DNA of 56,852 nt from Paraspadella gotoi (lineage: Eukaryota; Animalia; Chaetognatha): positions 28,893,151 through 28,950,002 of the forward strand of contig CM119263.1 of assembly GCA_051294375.1 (NCBI GenBank), in the 5' to 3' direction. The notes under the pieces are model-generated. The model ran no database searches. It had not been told where the DNA came from and saw nothing but the letters and a program-made list of their open reading frames with translations. Position numbers and translations under genes: made by a program. Position 1 is the first letter of the stretch, and each line of letters begins with the position of its first letter. Positions 1-14,019 of this stretch are shown here, piece by piece.

Positions 1-15
1 CTCCTCTTGCTGTCT

Positions 16-67
<52 letters not shown>

Positions 68-2493
68 TCTATCTCTTTCAAAAGCTGCGCCCGATTTCAC
101 GGGACAGAAAAATAGAGGGAAAATAAATTTCTTAGCCGGGTGAGCAACTTTTCTTTCCCGTTCGACTTTTTTCCTTCTCTTCTTTCTTTCCTTTTTTCTT
201 TTTCCTTTTATTTTTCCGCCTTCCGCTCTCACTCCCACTTCCCCCTTCTATTCGCCCTACACGCCTCTTTTTTTCCTTCCGAGAGAGAGAGAGAGATTGT
301 GTTGGTGCCTCCAAAAGCGAAAGTGAGATTAAAAGCAAATGGTGAAAGTGAGCAAAACGCGCGAGTGAAATGAAAAAAAAAAACACATTTCAGTCAAAAA
401 AAATTCAAAATATAAAACAAAAATAATAAAAGTCTTACGAATTTCTTAAAAGACGAGAGCGAGATAGAGTCAATAAGAAATTCATTTCGTTCTGATGTTA
501 ATTTCTTGGATGAGTCAGCAAAGGAGAAAAGTTAATAAGAGAGAAAAATATACAGAGAAATTTCGCAAAATAACGAAGCTACTTTGTTTCCCGATGACTC
601 ATGATATTTTGTGTCCATCACAACATAATGTTCACTTGGTGAAAATACTAATCCTTCACACACGAGAAGCCCTTCATTTCACGAAGTGAAACATTATCTT
701 TACTCATTCGAATCACATCGACTTCTTTCCCTCATTTCATTAAACATGCATTCTCTTTTTTCGTTCCTCAAATGAAAAAAAATCACAAAATCACAAAAAT
801 CTCGATTCTCAATTTCGATCGTTCAAATTAAAAATAAACAAAGACCCGAGACGCTGTCGTCGTCGTCGTCATTGTTGTTGTTGTCTTTGTTTTTCTTCTT
901 TTTTCCTGTCAGATTCGATTTCGAAAAAAAAAGTTTGAAGAAAAAATTGATTAATTATTTTTCGATTGGAAAAGGGATTCCATTTTATCGGCGCCCAGTG
1001 AGCGTTGGTTGATTCTCTGTGATGAGTGGTTGGTGAGTAGTGGTTCCTAATTCCTAGTGGGTGTTGGGATTGAAGACACTCGGCGAGTGGGTGGTCAGTC
1101 AAAATGAAAACTGATTGGTTATCTTTGAGCAGCGGGTGATCTGCGTGCATTGCAAATTGATTGGTGATTCGATATGGGTGGCTGGTGAATATCTTTTTTG
1201 ATTGGCGGGCGGTGATTATCGCTGTGATGGGTGTAGATAAAAGTAACGACGATCGATCCTCATGAAAAACGTCAAAACAATTAATTTCATTTCGATTCGA
1301 TCGATGAGATTTGACTAAACAAAACAACATCGACGACAGCGACATCTCGATTCTCGATATGAAAACGACAGAAACAAATGAACACTTTAATAATTCGGGA
1401 CGATTTTTCGCCGAAACTGAATCAGCAAAACGGACAAATGTAATAACAGAATAATAGTTCTGGAATCAACCAAGCAATATATAACGAAGGATGGACCTAG
1501 CAAGCAATGACGTTTGACGTTTTGGTTCCTTTTTGTGTCGATTAATCAAGGAGAAGAAAAATCGTCGGAAATGACAGGAAGTTTCTCTCCTTTTTTTTCC
1601 TTATTTTCTTTTTTCTTTTCTTTTATTCCTTCCTTTATTTTTTCCTTTGTCTTTGACAGGAAGTTTCTATCTTTTCTTTTTCTTCTTTTATTCCTTCCTT
1701 TCATTTTTCTTATGTCTTTCTTTATTTTTTTCATCGATTTAATAAATTCCCTTTTTTGTGAAAGAAGAGAAGAAAGAGAGAGGGAGAGAAAAGGAAAGAG
1801 AAAAATGGCAAAAATGTGGGGCTAAAACGAATAATAATTACCCATTAGTCAATATGTAGTCAATAAAATAGTTGTAATTTTTATCAATCATCATTTCGAG
1901 CAATAGAGTTAGACACACGAATTAAAAGAAGAAAAATACGAAAAGAATTGAATATATTTGAATATTAATTAGAATTAACAATTTTAATTTATTCGTTAGT
2001 CAAGGTCACGAGAAATCTTTTTCCGAGTCTAGCACGAGTCGAGCTTCAGTCATGCAAACGTGCGAGACACGCACAACATTTTAAAACAAAAGTTAACAAC
2101 CATTCAGTAATTCGTGCGAAATTAGAACAATTTCATGGCGCAACAGTTCTCGGGCAGAACGGGAGCCCCACAAGATAACCGCGTCGCAGCAGCGTCCCCA
2201 GCAGCGTCGTAGCAGCACCGCAGCAGCTGGAAACAAAAAGCGTCCAAGTGAAAAGAGAAAAAATCGTCGTAGGCGAAGACAAAATGCAAATTAAGCGACG
2301 GAAGAAGAGAAAAACCAAAGCGAAGATAAAAATCAGATAAAATTCAAAATCTTAAAAAGAAAATTGAAAAAAAAAATCTAAAAAAGAAAAACCTTTAATC
2401 AGTGGAAGAAACGAATTAAAAGTCAACAGTGACTTTTGGTTGAATCTAGAATTTGACGCGTAGGGCGAGGGGGAATGAGGCGATGGGAAGAGG

Positions 2494-2553
<60 letters not shown>

Positions 2554-3469
2554 AGATACCGGTACGCGGGGCGGCGGGAAGGATTTGTGGGAGGATGACA
2601 AGACAGAGTGAAAGGGTGGAGAAGATAGAAAGAGGAGCGATTGCACGGCAAAATCCGAAGATTAATTGTCGTTTACTTGTTCTCGGCCAAGCTCTCACGG
2701 CGCGATATTATCTGTGTTTTATTCCGGTTGATGATGTTTAGGTAGAGAGAGAGAGCAGGAACTGGAGGGACAAAAGCAGAGATGAGGACGAGGAGGCACT
2801 CGACCCGTCGACGCAGAGAGACGAGAGAAGAAGAGAGAGAGGAGAGAGGAGAAGAGAGAGGAGGCAGAGAGAAGAGAAAGAGAGAGGCTATGTTTCGTCG
2901 AGGCTGTCGTTCGGCGTCGTCATCGTCGTCGCCATCGTCTCCGTATATAAACGAGAGTCAACCGCGCAATTCATGACGTCGACGGAAGCGACGGGCATCC
3001 CCACCCCAACCCCCCGTAACCAACCCACCGGAACCAACCCCCCGCCCGCCCATTCTGACTTCTCTCTTCACCTTACCCCCCACCACCCCCTCTTCAAACG
3101 TATCCCTCACCCATTAACGGAACCGCAGAAGCCGATGTTGAGTCTCGTTGACGATCAACAAGTGAAAGAAGAGACGAGAAACGATGCCATCGCTTAGGTG
3201 TGGCAATGCCATCTCTGAGATCAGCGAGAAGAAATGACGTTATTCCCAGCGGGAAGGAGCAGTTATCTTACAATACTACTCAATTCAAATTCACGTACGT
3301 GCCACGTACGTACATTGTACGTGAAGGCAAGTCATTCTCTAATTCCCTGTCGTTGCCACCGCTTGCTCTCAACGTCGCTCCTTACCCTTTACGATGCCAT
3401 CGCCTCACACTGAGAGAGACGACTGCGGTGGTTCCGAACCATTTGGTTCGTGGAGGAGGAAAATTGAAG

Positions 3470-3820
3470 CGGAGGGGAGGAAAGGAAAGGAAAGGAAAGG
3501 AAAGGAAAGAGAAATAAAAGGGAAGGAAAGGGAAGGAAGAGGAAAGGAAAGAAAACGGGAAGGAAAGGGTAAGGAAAGGAAAGGAAGGAAGAGGAAAAGG
3601 AAAGGAAAGGAAGGAAAGGAACAGGAAAGGAAAGGAAAAATGGAAGAAAATAGAAATGAAAGGAAAGGAAAAGGAAGGGAGAAAGGAAAGGAAAGGGAAA
3701 GGAAAGGAAAGAAAGGAAAGGAAGGAAAGGAAAGGAAGGAAAGGAAAGGAAAGGAAACAAGAAGGAAGGGAAGGAAAGGAAAAATAAGAAGAAAAAAGAT
3801 GAAGAAAGAAAGAAGAAAGA
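3470..3820. repeat. Degenerate (GGAAA)n/(GGAA)n polypurine tract; also at ~11570-11925 and ~19760-20130
   Basis: About 350 bp of almost pure A/G; source of the K/R/E/G-rich and F/S/L/P-rich pseudo-ORFs. Confidence 0.95.
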
Positions 3821-4271
3821 AAGCAGGCAGCCAACCAAGCAAGCAAGCAAACAAACTTGATGTCGTCTTGATGTGTAAAAGAGAAAGTACCAAAATGTTT
3901 TTCATATTTTCAACCAAGGATGACGGAAACCACGGGTGAGACAGAAAAGAAAAAAAGAAAAAAAAGATAGAAAGATAGAAAGAAGAAAGAGCTCAGACTT
4001 CAGGAGTCACGTCGTCGTCCCCTTTCAAATTTCTCCATTTTCACTCACCCTCTCTCTTTCAAATCCACTACATCATCCACTTCATCACCCAATACATCAT
4101 CCACTACAACATTCACTGCCTACCCCACACCACGCCCCATTAACTTACCGCTAACCCCTAAACCTCTTTATTTCTTTTCACATTTGTTGGAAAATTACCA
4201 ACTAAATCACTGAATGTCCGGACGGACAGACACACTAAAAGATAAAGATTCATCCTTTTTTTGGAGACGAG

Positions 4272-4510
4272 CCGACAGACCGACAGATCGACAGACCGAC
4301 AGACCGACAGACCGACAGACCTACAAAGTGAAACAACTTTGTTCGCGCGACCTCGCAAATAAAAGGGCAAAAAATCGAGACAACCGATTGTCACATAAAA
4401 AGATAAAAGTTTTTTCTTTAAAAAAAAAAAAAAAACTCATGGCAAAAAATCTTTGTGAGTTTCTCCCCAAATATTAAGAGCAGAGTGCGGTTGTGGCCTT
4501 TTGGAAGAGG

Positions 4511-4544
<34 letters not shown>

Positions 4545-4553
4545 CAGAGAGAC

Positions 4554-4616
<63 letters not shown>

Positions 4617-4711
4617 GAGAAGAGGACGTTGTTGTTGTGGTCTTTAAAGATGATCGGGGTATGCAAAAGGGAAGACGATGAAAGATAAGCGATGGCGAAA
4701 ACGACGACGAC

Positions 4712-4753
<42 letters not shown>

Positions 4754-4871
4754 AATAAAAAGACCTCGATTAATGAAAAGATAAAACAAATTTGATGGAC
4801 GAAGATAAAGAAGAGAAATCGAAAAACATGATGACGATGGATTGATGATGATGATGATGATGATGGATGAA

Positions 4872-4915
<44 letters not shown>
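4272..4915. repeat. Microsatellite cluster: (ACCGACAG)n 4272-4321, (AG)n 4510-4620, (GAC)n 4701-4752, (GAT)n 4843-4915
   Basis: Read directly; repeated in the other unit copies. Confidence 0.95.
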
Positions 4916-4916
<1 letters not shown>

Positions 4917-5315
4917 TGATTGACGACCAGGAAGAAGAAGACGAAAACGAAGAAAAAAAAAGATGAGAATTTCCAGGCGGGGAAAAAGGGAAATGGAGAA
5001 GGAAAAGAAGCCAGACATTGCGAAGACAGCTAACGGGAGAGAGAGAGAGAGAGAGAGAGAGGAGAGGAGAGAGAGAGAGAGAGAAGAGGAGAGAAGAGGA
5101 GAGAGGAGAGAGAGAGAAGAGAAGATGAGTTAATAAAGAAATCTAGAAAGGGGGAGAAGGAGAGAAGGATAAGGAGAGGGGGATGGAAGAGACAGGGATA
5201 AAGGAGAAAGAAAAGGAGAAAGGAAAGACGAGAATGAAAAGGAGGGGAAAATGTAAAGGTTGCTAAGAACGTACAAGCATGAAGATCAAGATGTGGAAAA
5301 AGACTTTCACTTTAG

Positions 5316-5485
5316 AAAGGGAAAAGCTTGTGAAGAGGTCAGGGTTGTGATGCATAGATTTGGAGGAGCAAGGCAAGGGAAAAGCTTGGTGAAGAGGTCA
5401 GGGTTGCGGTCGCATAGACGGAGGAGCAAGCAAAGGGAAAAGCTTGGTGAAGAGCGTCAGGGTTGTGACGCATAGTGGAGCAAGC
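5316..5485. repeat. 59-bp tandem repeat x3
   Basis: Unit aaagggaaaagcttggtgaagaggtcagggttg-N-cgcataga-N-ggaggagcaagc; the period is clearest in the second copy of the array. Confidence 0.9.
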
Positions 5486-5871
5486 AGAGGCATCGACCGA
5501 AACAGGCATTGTTTTTAAGCAGATAATAATTAGCAGTCGTTCGTTCGAGAGTTGGCAAACGTTTCTCATTTCTGAAGTTGGATCTCATAAAAAAAAAACT
5601 AAAGAGGAGACAGAAAAATATTTTAAGTTTAAACGTCGTAAAAAATTCCAAGTCTAATCAAATAAATAGTGAAGTTCATTCCCGTACCGCGACGCGACTG
5701 CGCCACGCAGCGCCATGCGCCACGGCCACGCGGCCCCGTCAGGCCTTGAATCCACGCCACGCCAACCACACCACGAAACCACGCCTCCCTCCGAGTCAAA
5801 AACGAGGTGGCCATATAAAACGATTCACGTGGAAAGATACGAGGACGAAATGAAGTCGATAAGACGTAAGA

Positions 5872-6070
5872 TATGGCACCGTGAGAGATGACACTCTGAG
5901 AGATGGCACGTGAGAGGTGGCACAGTGAGAGATGGATCTTGAGAGAGGGCATTGTGAGAGAGTGCTCATCGTGAGAGATGGTACCGTGAGAGATGGTAAC
6001 GTGAGAGATGGCACGATGAGAGTTAATAAAGTGAGAGATGGCATAGTAAGAGATGAACCCCAAAGATGGC
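5872..6070. repeat. 15-bp minisatellite, consensus GTGAGAGATGGCACC, about 13 units
   Basis: gagagatgg core recurring every 15 bp. Confidence 0.9.
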
Positions 6071-7034
6071 GCATATTTCCTTCGGGGGATGGCATGATGA
6101 ACGATGTATGCGGAAATAGGTTCAATGATTAATGTCAATGGGCCATCATTCTATATCCCGGGGGGCGCGAGAGTCGTCGTCGTTGTCGCCGTCGTCGTTG
6201 TCGCCGTCGTCGTTTTCGCCGTCGTCGTTCGTCGTCGTCGTTCGTCCGTCGTCGGCGGCGGCTATCTTTTCCCCGAATCCAGGGAATGAATAATCCTGAG
6301 CCAATATTTCTTTCTTATTGTGAGATTATGCGTGGCGAGAGAAGGGATAATGAGAGGGCAGGATTAAGAAAGGATGAGATCAATAGAGATTAAGGCGTGA
6401 TGAACTAAGGGAAATTAAGAAAAATTAAGGAAAAAGGGAAAATAAAGGAAAGAGAGTAAAGCAAAGCCAGTTAGGAAAGGTTGTTAACAGGCTTTGACGG
6501 AAAGACAAAAGCTTAAAGATGATAACCGGCCATCGAAATTGGCAGCGATGAAATGAGAGAGAATTCAAATGCAGACAAAGTGATTCCACCTTGTACCTAG
6601 TTTTCGGGAAAGACAGTAATTTTCATGTCATTTTCATGTACTTTAATCAAATATGATAACTTATATTTAATTTTAAAAAAACTGGATTAATACATCGAGA
6701 TTATTACTTAAACAATGAAATAATCTCGCGCCGCTCCAATCATAAACGAGATCAAATTTTCTTCTCTAATTTTTTTTGACTTAAGTTCGACGGCAAATAA
6801 CTCACTCGATTCACCTCGTGACTCGAAACGAAAATGAATCAAGGAAATAATTCACACGACGCCCCCCTCTTCCCCCTTCTCTCGATTGACTTTCGCCAAG
6901 AAAAAAAAAGAAAAAACATCTGAAACGAGTTATAATTCACTCAAAAGTCAAAGCTCGAGATCGAGATTCGAGACATTTTGACCATCAAATTGAGAAAAAA
7001 AAACGAGGGAAAAAGAAAATCCAACGGACAAAAA

Positions 7035-7591
7035 AATAATGGAAAGTAATTCTCTCGCGGGGTGAAAAATATGAACGGATAAACCTTACCCGCTCTGACT
7101 TTTTTCAGCAAAGCCTATAACCTCAAAGCAGCCTGGCAACCACTGACATAACAATAATTACTTACGTTTAAATCTCAGCAGCCATCCTCACCTAAAAGTC
7201 AGCTAAAATGGGTATACCTACGGGGATCGCACGGATGTGAGAAATAAACATCGATCGCCAATGAAAATCCGTATTCCACCACATACATGCACCGTCATAG
7301 AGCACACTCCTGATTTACGATCAACAAATCCCATGCATTCTTTTCTTCTCTGTGGAGAGAGAGGAGCAGTATTATCTTCATAGGGGCATCAACTGCCGGA
7401 TGGAGCCATAACTCATCGAACGAAACGAATAAGACAGCGGCGCTAATCCCACCAATCACTCCCGGTCCCGGATGTGAGAATAATGATCTCTCGTAAAAAT
7501 GGTCCGTATCCCCACTCCGCGCGTTGCTTTACGCTGTCGGACGGAGAGCCAGTCAAGACGCACCGTGCACAGGGCATTCTTTCTTGTTCTT
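7035..7591. repeat. 557-bp segment with an apparently exact reverse-complement copy at 21183-21739
   Basis: ...gcacagggcattctttcttgttctt|N25 versus N25|aagaacaagaaagaatgccctgtgcac...; the same ORF text appears at 7474(+) and 21300(-). Confidence 0.95.
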
Positions 7592-7616
7592 NNNNNNNNN
7601 NNNNNNNNNNNNNNNN
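7592..7616. other. Assembly gap of exactly 25 N (also 13204-13228, 21158-21182, 29984-30008, 31048-31072, 52838-52862, 55918-55942)
   Basis: Counted directly; seven gaps have an identical length. Confidence 0.99.
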
Positions 7617-10600
7617 AAATAGGAAGAAAGAAGTGAAGAAAGAAAGAAGAAAGAAAGCAGGCAGCCAATCAAGCAAGCAAGCAAACAAACTTTATGTCGT
7701 CTTGATGGTGTAAAGAGAAAAGTACCAAAATTTTTTTTTCATATTTTCAACTAAGGATGAGGAAACCACGGGTCGAGACAGAAAAGAAAAAACTCATCTC
7801 TCTTCGAACCAGTGAGTGGTGGTTTCGATTTCTACACCGATGTGATGAGTGCGTTGGTCCTGTAGTCAGTGGTTCTCTATCATTCCTAGTGGAGGCGTTC
7901 GGGTACTTCGGAGACATCCTGGGGCTTCGTCGTGGGGTGATCATCGATCGCTACTCACGAAATGAAAACTGCGTTGGAACAATGACTTTTACTCTTTTAC
8001 TACTACTTTACTATTCTCGTCTTCACGTTTCTTAGTTTTCTAGGTATGCTTGTGCCCGTCCTTCGGTCTGGATATACGCCTCATTCGTCGGAATCTGACC
8101 CGAGATAGTCGTCATTGTATTCATCTGGGATTCTTTTCTTTTATCCTTTTTATGTAAATTCTCTGAATGTTCTTATTATGACGCCTATTATCGCCGAGAA
8201 TGGTATTGTTCGATCTATTGTGCTATGCCGCACCATACTTAACTTAAATTTGTTTTCTTCCCTCTCGCTTGATATTGACCGCCTGGACAATCTCTGGATG
8301 AATTAACTCCGCACGCATTGCGCCATACTCCTGTACTGGTTTGGGGAATCCATGCTTTAAGAGATAACCAGCATTAGACAACCGGGTTGGGCGCGGCTTG
8401 AGCTTAGTGTTTTATATATAATACTAAAAAAGAAAAATGAATTTAACAACCTTAAAGTAACGATCGATAAAGAGAAATTTATTTACACGAGGATCTCCTC
8501 AGGCCTCCCTCCCTCTTCTCCGGTCCTTTTCTCTCTATAATAATTCGGCAACGAATATAAACATATGTGAATCACCATGACGACCTATACTATTAATATT
8601 TTCGGCATTTCTGGAGTGATTTAGTCATTTCTCTTCACTTCACGAAATCGAAAATGTATTGAAACGCAAATCAAAATCTAGTGTGAGAAATGAAACCCAT
8701 AACCGCATTATTCTTTATAAATACGAAGAAAGAAAAAAGTGACCATCATACATTCGAGTTCTCGCATATGTTTGAGCGTACAGGAGATGTTAGTTATTAG
8801 ACGACGACGTTGCATACTTGTATAAAAGCGAGCTTATTATGGCGCTAGACGATTGGATAGTATGGGTGAGATAGGTGGTGGGATTTCAATAGCTAGAGTG
8901 TTGAAATCTGAATCAGCACACACACGGACAAACTGTAATAACAGAATACCATAGTTCTGGAATCAACGGCAAGACAATATATGAAGCGAAGACTGGAGCT
9001 TTCCATTCGCACAGCCAACTCTTCGACGTTTTCGACGTCGTTTTGGTCCATGGTTTATATTTTGCGGTGTCGATTTAATCCGGGACATCGGGTAGAGACG
9101 GAACAAACGCGGAGTCGCGGAAATGACAGGAAGTTTTCTCATGCTTTTGTTGTTCAGCTTATATTTCTTTTTTGCTTTTGCTGTTTAGTTGCCTTTCCCT
9201 TCTCTTTTTGTTTTCCTTGTACAGAGGTCTTCGGGTGAACTTAAAGCAAAAGGATTTATTTGACGCGAATATTTTTTTGGCGAACGTGTCTTGTGCACGA
9301 TATGATGTGATGTTTATGACGTCACGCACTATATGTATGAATTGACCCGTATCGCTTATTCGAATTGTTCGTTATATGAGATGTCGTTATGCTTTGCATT
9401 TTTTCATCGGATTTAATAGAAGTTACCCTTGTTTGTGAAAAGAAAGAGAGAAAGAAGAGAGAGGGGAAGAGAAAAGGAAAGAAAGAAGAAAATAGGCAAA
9501 ATAGGTGGGGCTAGAAGAACGAGAGAGTAGATTACCCACGCGTATGTAGTCAAATATGTAGTCCATAAATGAAGTTGATAATGTTAGATTATCAGAAAGT
9601 AGAGCAGAAGTAAAAAAACATATGTGTCGCTAGAGAAGTCAACAAAATCGGCCATAGAAGGTAGAGCCGCAGCGGAATATTCAAAAGTGCGAGAAGAAAA
9701 GAGTAGCGGAGAGAATAGAATTGAATGATATTATGGAATATTAATGCAGAAGTTAACTAATGTTTTAATTTATTTGCGTTAGGTCATACACGCTCAGGTG
9801 CCAGCATTGAAAGCTGTCAGTAGAATATTTTTGCTTCTTATGTCCGAGTCTAGGCACGAGTCCGAGGCCCTTCAGTGCATGTCAACACGTACAGAGAGCA
9901 TGCTGTATCATAGATTTTTAAAAGTCAGAAGGTCTTTTATAGACACAACCATTCAGTAATAGAAGTTCGTTTGCTGTAGTAGATTAGAACACAATATTTC
10001 AATTTGAGCGCATATCGTCGCTATCCCTCGGCGCAAGAAATCGGGCGCCACATGGAATGAACATGCGCTCACGCAGCACGTCCCAGCTAGCGTCTCGTAG
10101 TAAGCGAAGCAGTAGCTGGGTAGTAACAAAAAGCGGTCCAATGTGGAGATTAAGAGAAAATCAAGTCGGGAGTAGGCGCAAGAGACTAAAATGTCAATAT
10201 ATATAAGTCGACTGTGTATATGTAATAGAAAAACACACCAAAAAAGCGAAGAAATAAATATACAGAATGACATTAAAACAAAGTAAATATTTTTTTAAGG
10301 TATTACCATATCTTTGAGAAAAAAATCTAAAAAAGAAAAAAACGCGTTTAATCACAGATGGAACGCAAAAACAATTAAAAGTCAACAGTGAACATATATG
10401 TGAATTAAATTACTAGGCACTTAAGCGGGGACAATGGGAGGGAGAAGGGAGAGAGAAGAGAGAAGAGAGAGAGAGAGAGAAGAGTGAGATGAGAGATTGA
10501 GATTGTATGAGAGAGAAGAGAGTAGAGAGTATCGCGGAAGAAGATGAGAGATGAGAGAGAGACGAGCAAGTGAGGGAGAGATTGGGTAGATCTGACAGAG

Positions 10601-10749
10601 ACAGAGTGAGGGTGAGAGTATAAGAGAGCAATTGCTTTAAGGCAAAACCGAAGATATTGAGTTGTCTTTATTAGATTTACTCGAGCCATAACTCTTTCTT
10701 ATCGCGCTATATTATTTTTGAGTTTATTACTCCTGTGTTTATTATTAGT

Positions 10750-10832
<83 letters not shown>

Positions 10833-12615
10833 CGAGAGATGGTCGTATGTTTTTCTTGGTCTGAGTGCTTCGGGGTCGTGGCGTCGTCGGCATCCGTCGT
10901 TCGCGGTCCGCACGGTTGCGTCCCCGTTATTAAACGAGAGTGCAACCCGCGCCGAGAGAGTGTGCTATTGTGACGTTCGAGGAAGCCGACGGGCATCCCC
11001 CCCGACCCAACTTCTTCTCTTCGTTCACCTTAATACCCAACCTCCCCCTCTCCAGTCTCTTCTCCCAGTTCGCACCGTTCTCCTTCACTCCCCCTTATCT
11101 GACACCCTTTCCGCATAAACGTAGTCCCTCACCCATTAACGGACCACCCCTTTTCGCAGAACTCGAGAGAAATGTTTGAAGTAACTCACGTTGGTATCGA
11201 GAATACAACAATGCGGGTGAAAGAAGAGACGAGAAAACGTATGCCCATCGCTTAGGTGTGGCAATGCCAGCAAGATCAGCGAGAAGAAATATGCGCGTTA
11301 TTCCCAGCCGGTGAGAGGTTAAGCAAGTTATCTTAAGCTCAAAAATCACTGCTTCGGGCCATCGGGGGACGTCAAAATTCGCACGTAGGCGTACATTGTA
11401 CGGTGAAGGTAAGTCATTTCTCTAATTCCCTGTGCGTGTGCCAGAACCGCTTGCTCTCCAACATCGCTCTTACCCTTTACGATGGCCATCGGGCCTGCAC
11501 ACTGAGAGAGACGGACTGCGGTGGTTCGCGAACCATTTGGTTCGTGGAGAAGGAAAATTGAAGAGGGAGGGGAGGGAAAGGAAGGAAAGGAAAGGAAAAG
11601 GAAAGGAAAGGAAAAGAAATAAAAGGGAAGGAAAGGGAAGGAAGAGGAAAGGAAAGAAAACGGGAAGGAAAGGGTAAGGAAAGGAAAGGAAGGAAGAGGA
11701 AAAGGAAAGGAAAGGAAGGAAAGGAACAGGAAAGGAAAGGAAAAATGGAAGAAAATAGAAATGAAAGGAAAGGAAAAGGAAGGGAGAAAGGAAAGGAAAG
11801 GGAAAGGAAAGGAAAGAAAGGAAAGGAAGGAAAGGAAAGGAAGGAAAGGAAAGGAAAGGAAACAAGAAGGAAGGGAAGGAAAGGAAAAATAAGAAGAAAA
11901 AAGATGAAGAAAGAAAGAAGAAAGAAAGCAGGCAGCCAACCAAGCAAGCAAGCAAACAAACTTGATGTCGTCTTGATGTGTAAAAGAGAAAGTACCAAAA
12001 TGTTTTTCATATTTTCAACCAAGGATGACGGAAACCACGGGTGAGACAGAAAAGAAAAAAAGAAAAAAAAGATAGAAAGATAGAAAGAAGAAAGAGCTCA
12101 GACTTCAGGAGTCACGTCGTCGTCCCCTTTCAAATTTCTCCATTTTCACTCACCCTCTCTCTTTCAAATCCACTACATCATCCACTTCATCACCCAATAC
12201 ATCATCCACTACAACATTCACTGCCTACCCCACACCACGCCCCATTAACTTACCGCTAACCCCTAAACCTCTTTATTTCTTTTCACATTTGTTGGAAAAT
12301 TACCAACTAAATCACTGAATGTCCGGACGGACAGACACACTAAAAGATAAAGATTCATCCTTTTTTTGGAGACGAGCCGACAGACCGACAGATCGACAGA
12401 CCGACAGACCGACAGACCGACAGACCTACAAAGTGAAACAACTTTGTTCGCGCGACCTCGCAAATAAAAGGGCAAAAAATCGAGACAACCGATTGTCACA
12501 TAAAAAGATAAAAGTTTTTTCTTTAAAAAAAAAAAAAAAACTCATGGCAAAAAATCTTTGTGAGTTTCTCCCCAAATATTAAGAGCAGAGTGCGGTTGTG
12601 GCCTTTTGGAAGAGG

Positions 12616-12649
<34 letters not shown>

Positions 12650-12658
12650 CAGAGAGAC

Positions 12659-12721
<63 letters not shown>

Positions 12722-12816
12722 GAGAAGAGGACGTTGTTGTTGTGGTCTTTAAAGATGATCGGGGTATGCAAAAGGGAAGACGATGAAAGATAAGCGATGG
12801 CGAAAACGACGACGAC

Positions 12817-12858
<42 letters not shown>

Positions 12859-12976
12859 AATAAAAAGACCTCGATTAATGAAAAGATAAAACAAATTTGA
12901 TGGACGAAGATAAAGAAGAGAAATCGAAAAACATGATGACGATGGATTGATGATGATGATGATGATGATGGATGAA

Positions 12977-13021
<45 letters not shown>

Positions 13022-13228
13022 TGATTGACGACCAGGAAGAAGAAGACGAAAACGAAGAAAAAAAAAGATGAGAATTTCCAGGCGGGGAAAAAGGGAAATG
13101 GAGAAGGAAAAGAAGCCAGACATTGCGAAGACAGCTAACGGGAGAGAGAGAGAGAGAGAGAGAGAGGAGAGGAGAGAGAGAGAGAGAGAAGAGGAGAGAA
13201 GAGNNNNNNNNNNNNNNNNNNNNNNNNN

Positions 13229-13260
<32 letters not shown>

Positions 13261-13461
13261 GAGTTGATAAAGAAATCTAAGAAAGGGGGAGAAGGGGAGA
13301 AGAGAAAAGGAGACGGGGAGGGAAGAGAATGGGATAAGGGAAAAAGGGAGAAAAGAAAAGGAGAAAGGAAAGACGAGAATGAAAAGGAGAGGAAAAATGT
13401 AAAGGTTGCTTGGAAAGTACAAGCATGATTGATCAAGATCGTGAAAAGACTTTCAGTTTGA

Positions 13462-13633
13462 AAAGGGAAAAGCTTGGTGAAGAGGTCAGGGTTGTGATCG
13501 CATAGATTGGAGGAGCAAGCAAAGGGAAAAGCTTGGTGAAGAGGTCAGGGTTGCGGTCGCATAGACTGGAGGAGCAAGCAAAGGGAAATGCTTGGTGAAG
13601 AGGTCAGGGTTGTGGACGCATAGTGGAGCAAGC
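13462..13633. repeat. 59-bp tandem repeat x3 (second copy of the array)
   Basis: Units start at 13462, 13521 and 13580. Confidence 0.9.
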
Positions 13634-14019
13634 AGAGGCATCGACCGAAACAGGCATTGTTTTTAAAGCAGATAATAATTAGCAGTCGTTCGTTCGATGA
13701 GTTGGCAAACGTTTCTCATTTCTCAAGTTTGGATCTCATTAAAAAAATACTAAAGAGGAGACAGAAAATATTTTAAGTTTAACGTCGTAAAAATTCCAAG
13801 TCTAATCAAATAAATAGTGAAGTCCATTCCCGTACCCCGCGACGCGACTGCGCCAAGCAGCGCCATGCGGCCACGCCACGCGGCCCCGTCAGGCCCTGAA
13901 TCCACGCCACGCAACCACGCCACGAAACCACGCCTCCCTCCGAGTCAAAAACGAGGTGGCCATAAAAACGATTCACGTGGAAAGATACGAGGACGAAATG
14001 AAGTCGATAAGACGTAAGA

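Larger units (their letters stand above)
290..7030 (+). repeat. Large direct repeat unit, copy 1
   Basis: 290-4860 aligns with 16410-21157; ~1000-5100 aligns with ~7800-13203; 5100-7030 aligns with 13229-15165. Equivalent ORFs recur at 3936, 12041 and 20251. Confidence 0.95.

Noticed and set aside
2133-2228. GC-rich segment behind a minus-strand ttgtttccag acceptor
   Set aside because: No recognisable peptide in any frame, no clear donor, and the frames disagree between the three copies.
3382-3939. Long K/R/E/G-rich and F/S/L/P-rich ORFs on both strands (also ~11346-12044 and ~19568-20232)
   Set aside because: Produced by stop-free (GGAAA)n tracts; open in several frames with no domain signal.
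5316-5485. 59-bp repeats with a variable middle, superficially CRISPR-like
   Set aside because: The middles are near-identical variants rather than unique spacers, there are only three units, no cas genes, and the context is eukaryotic.
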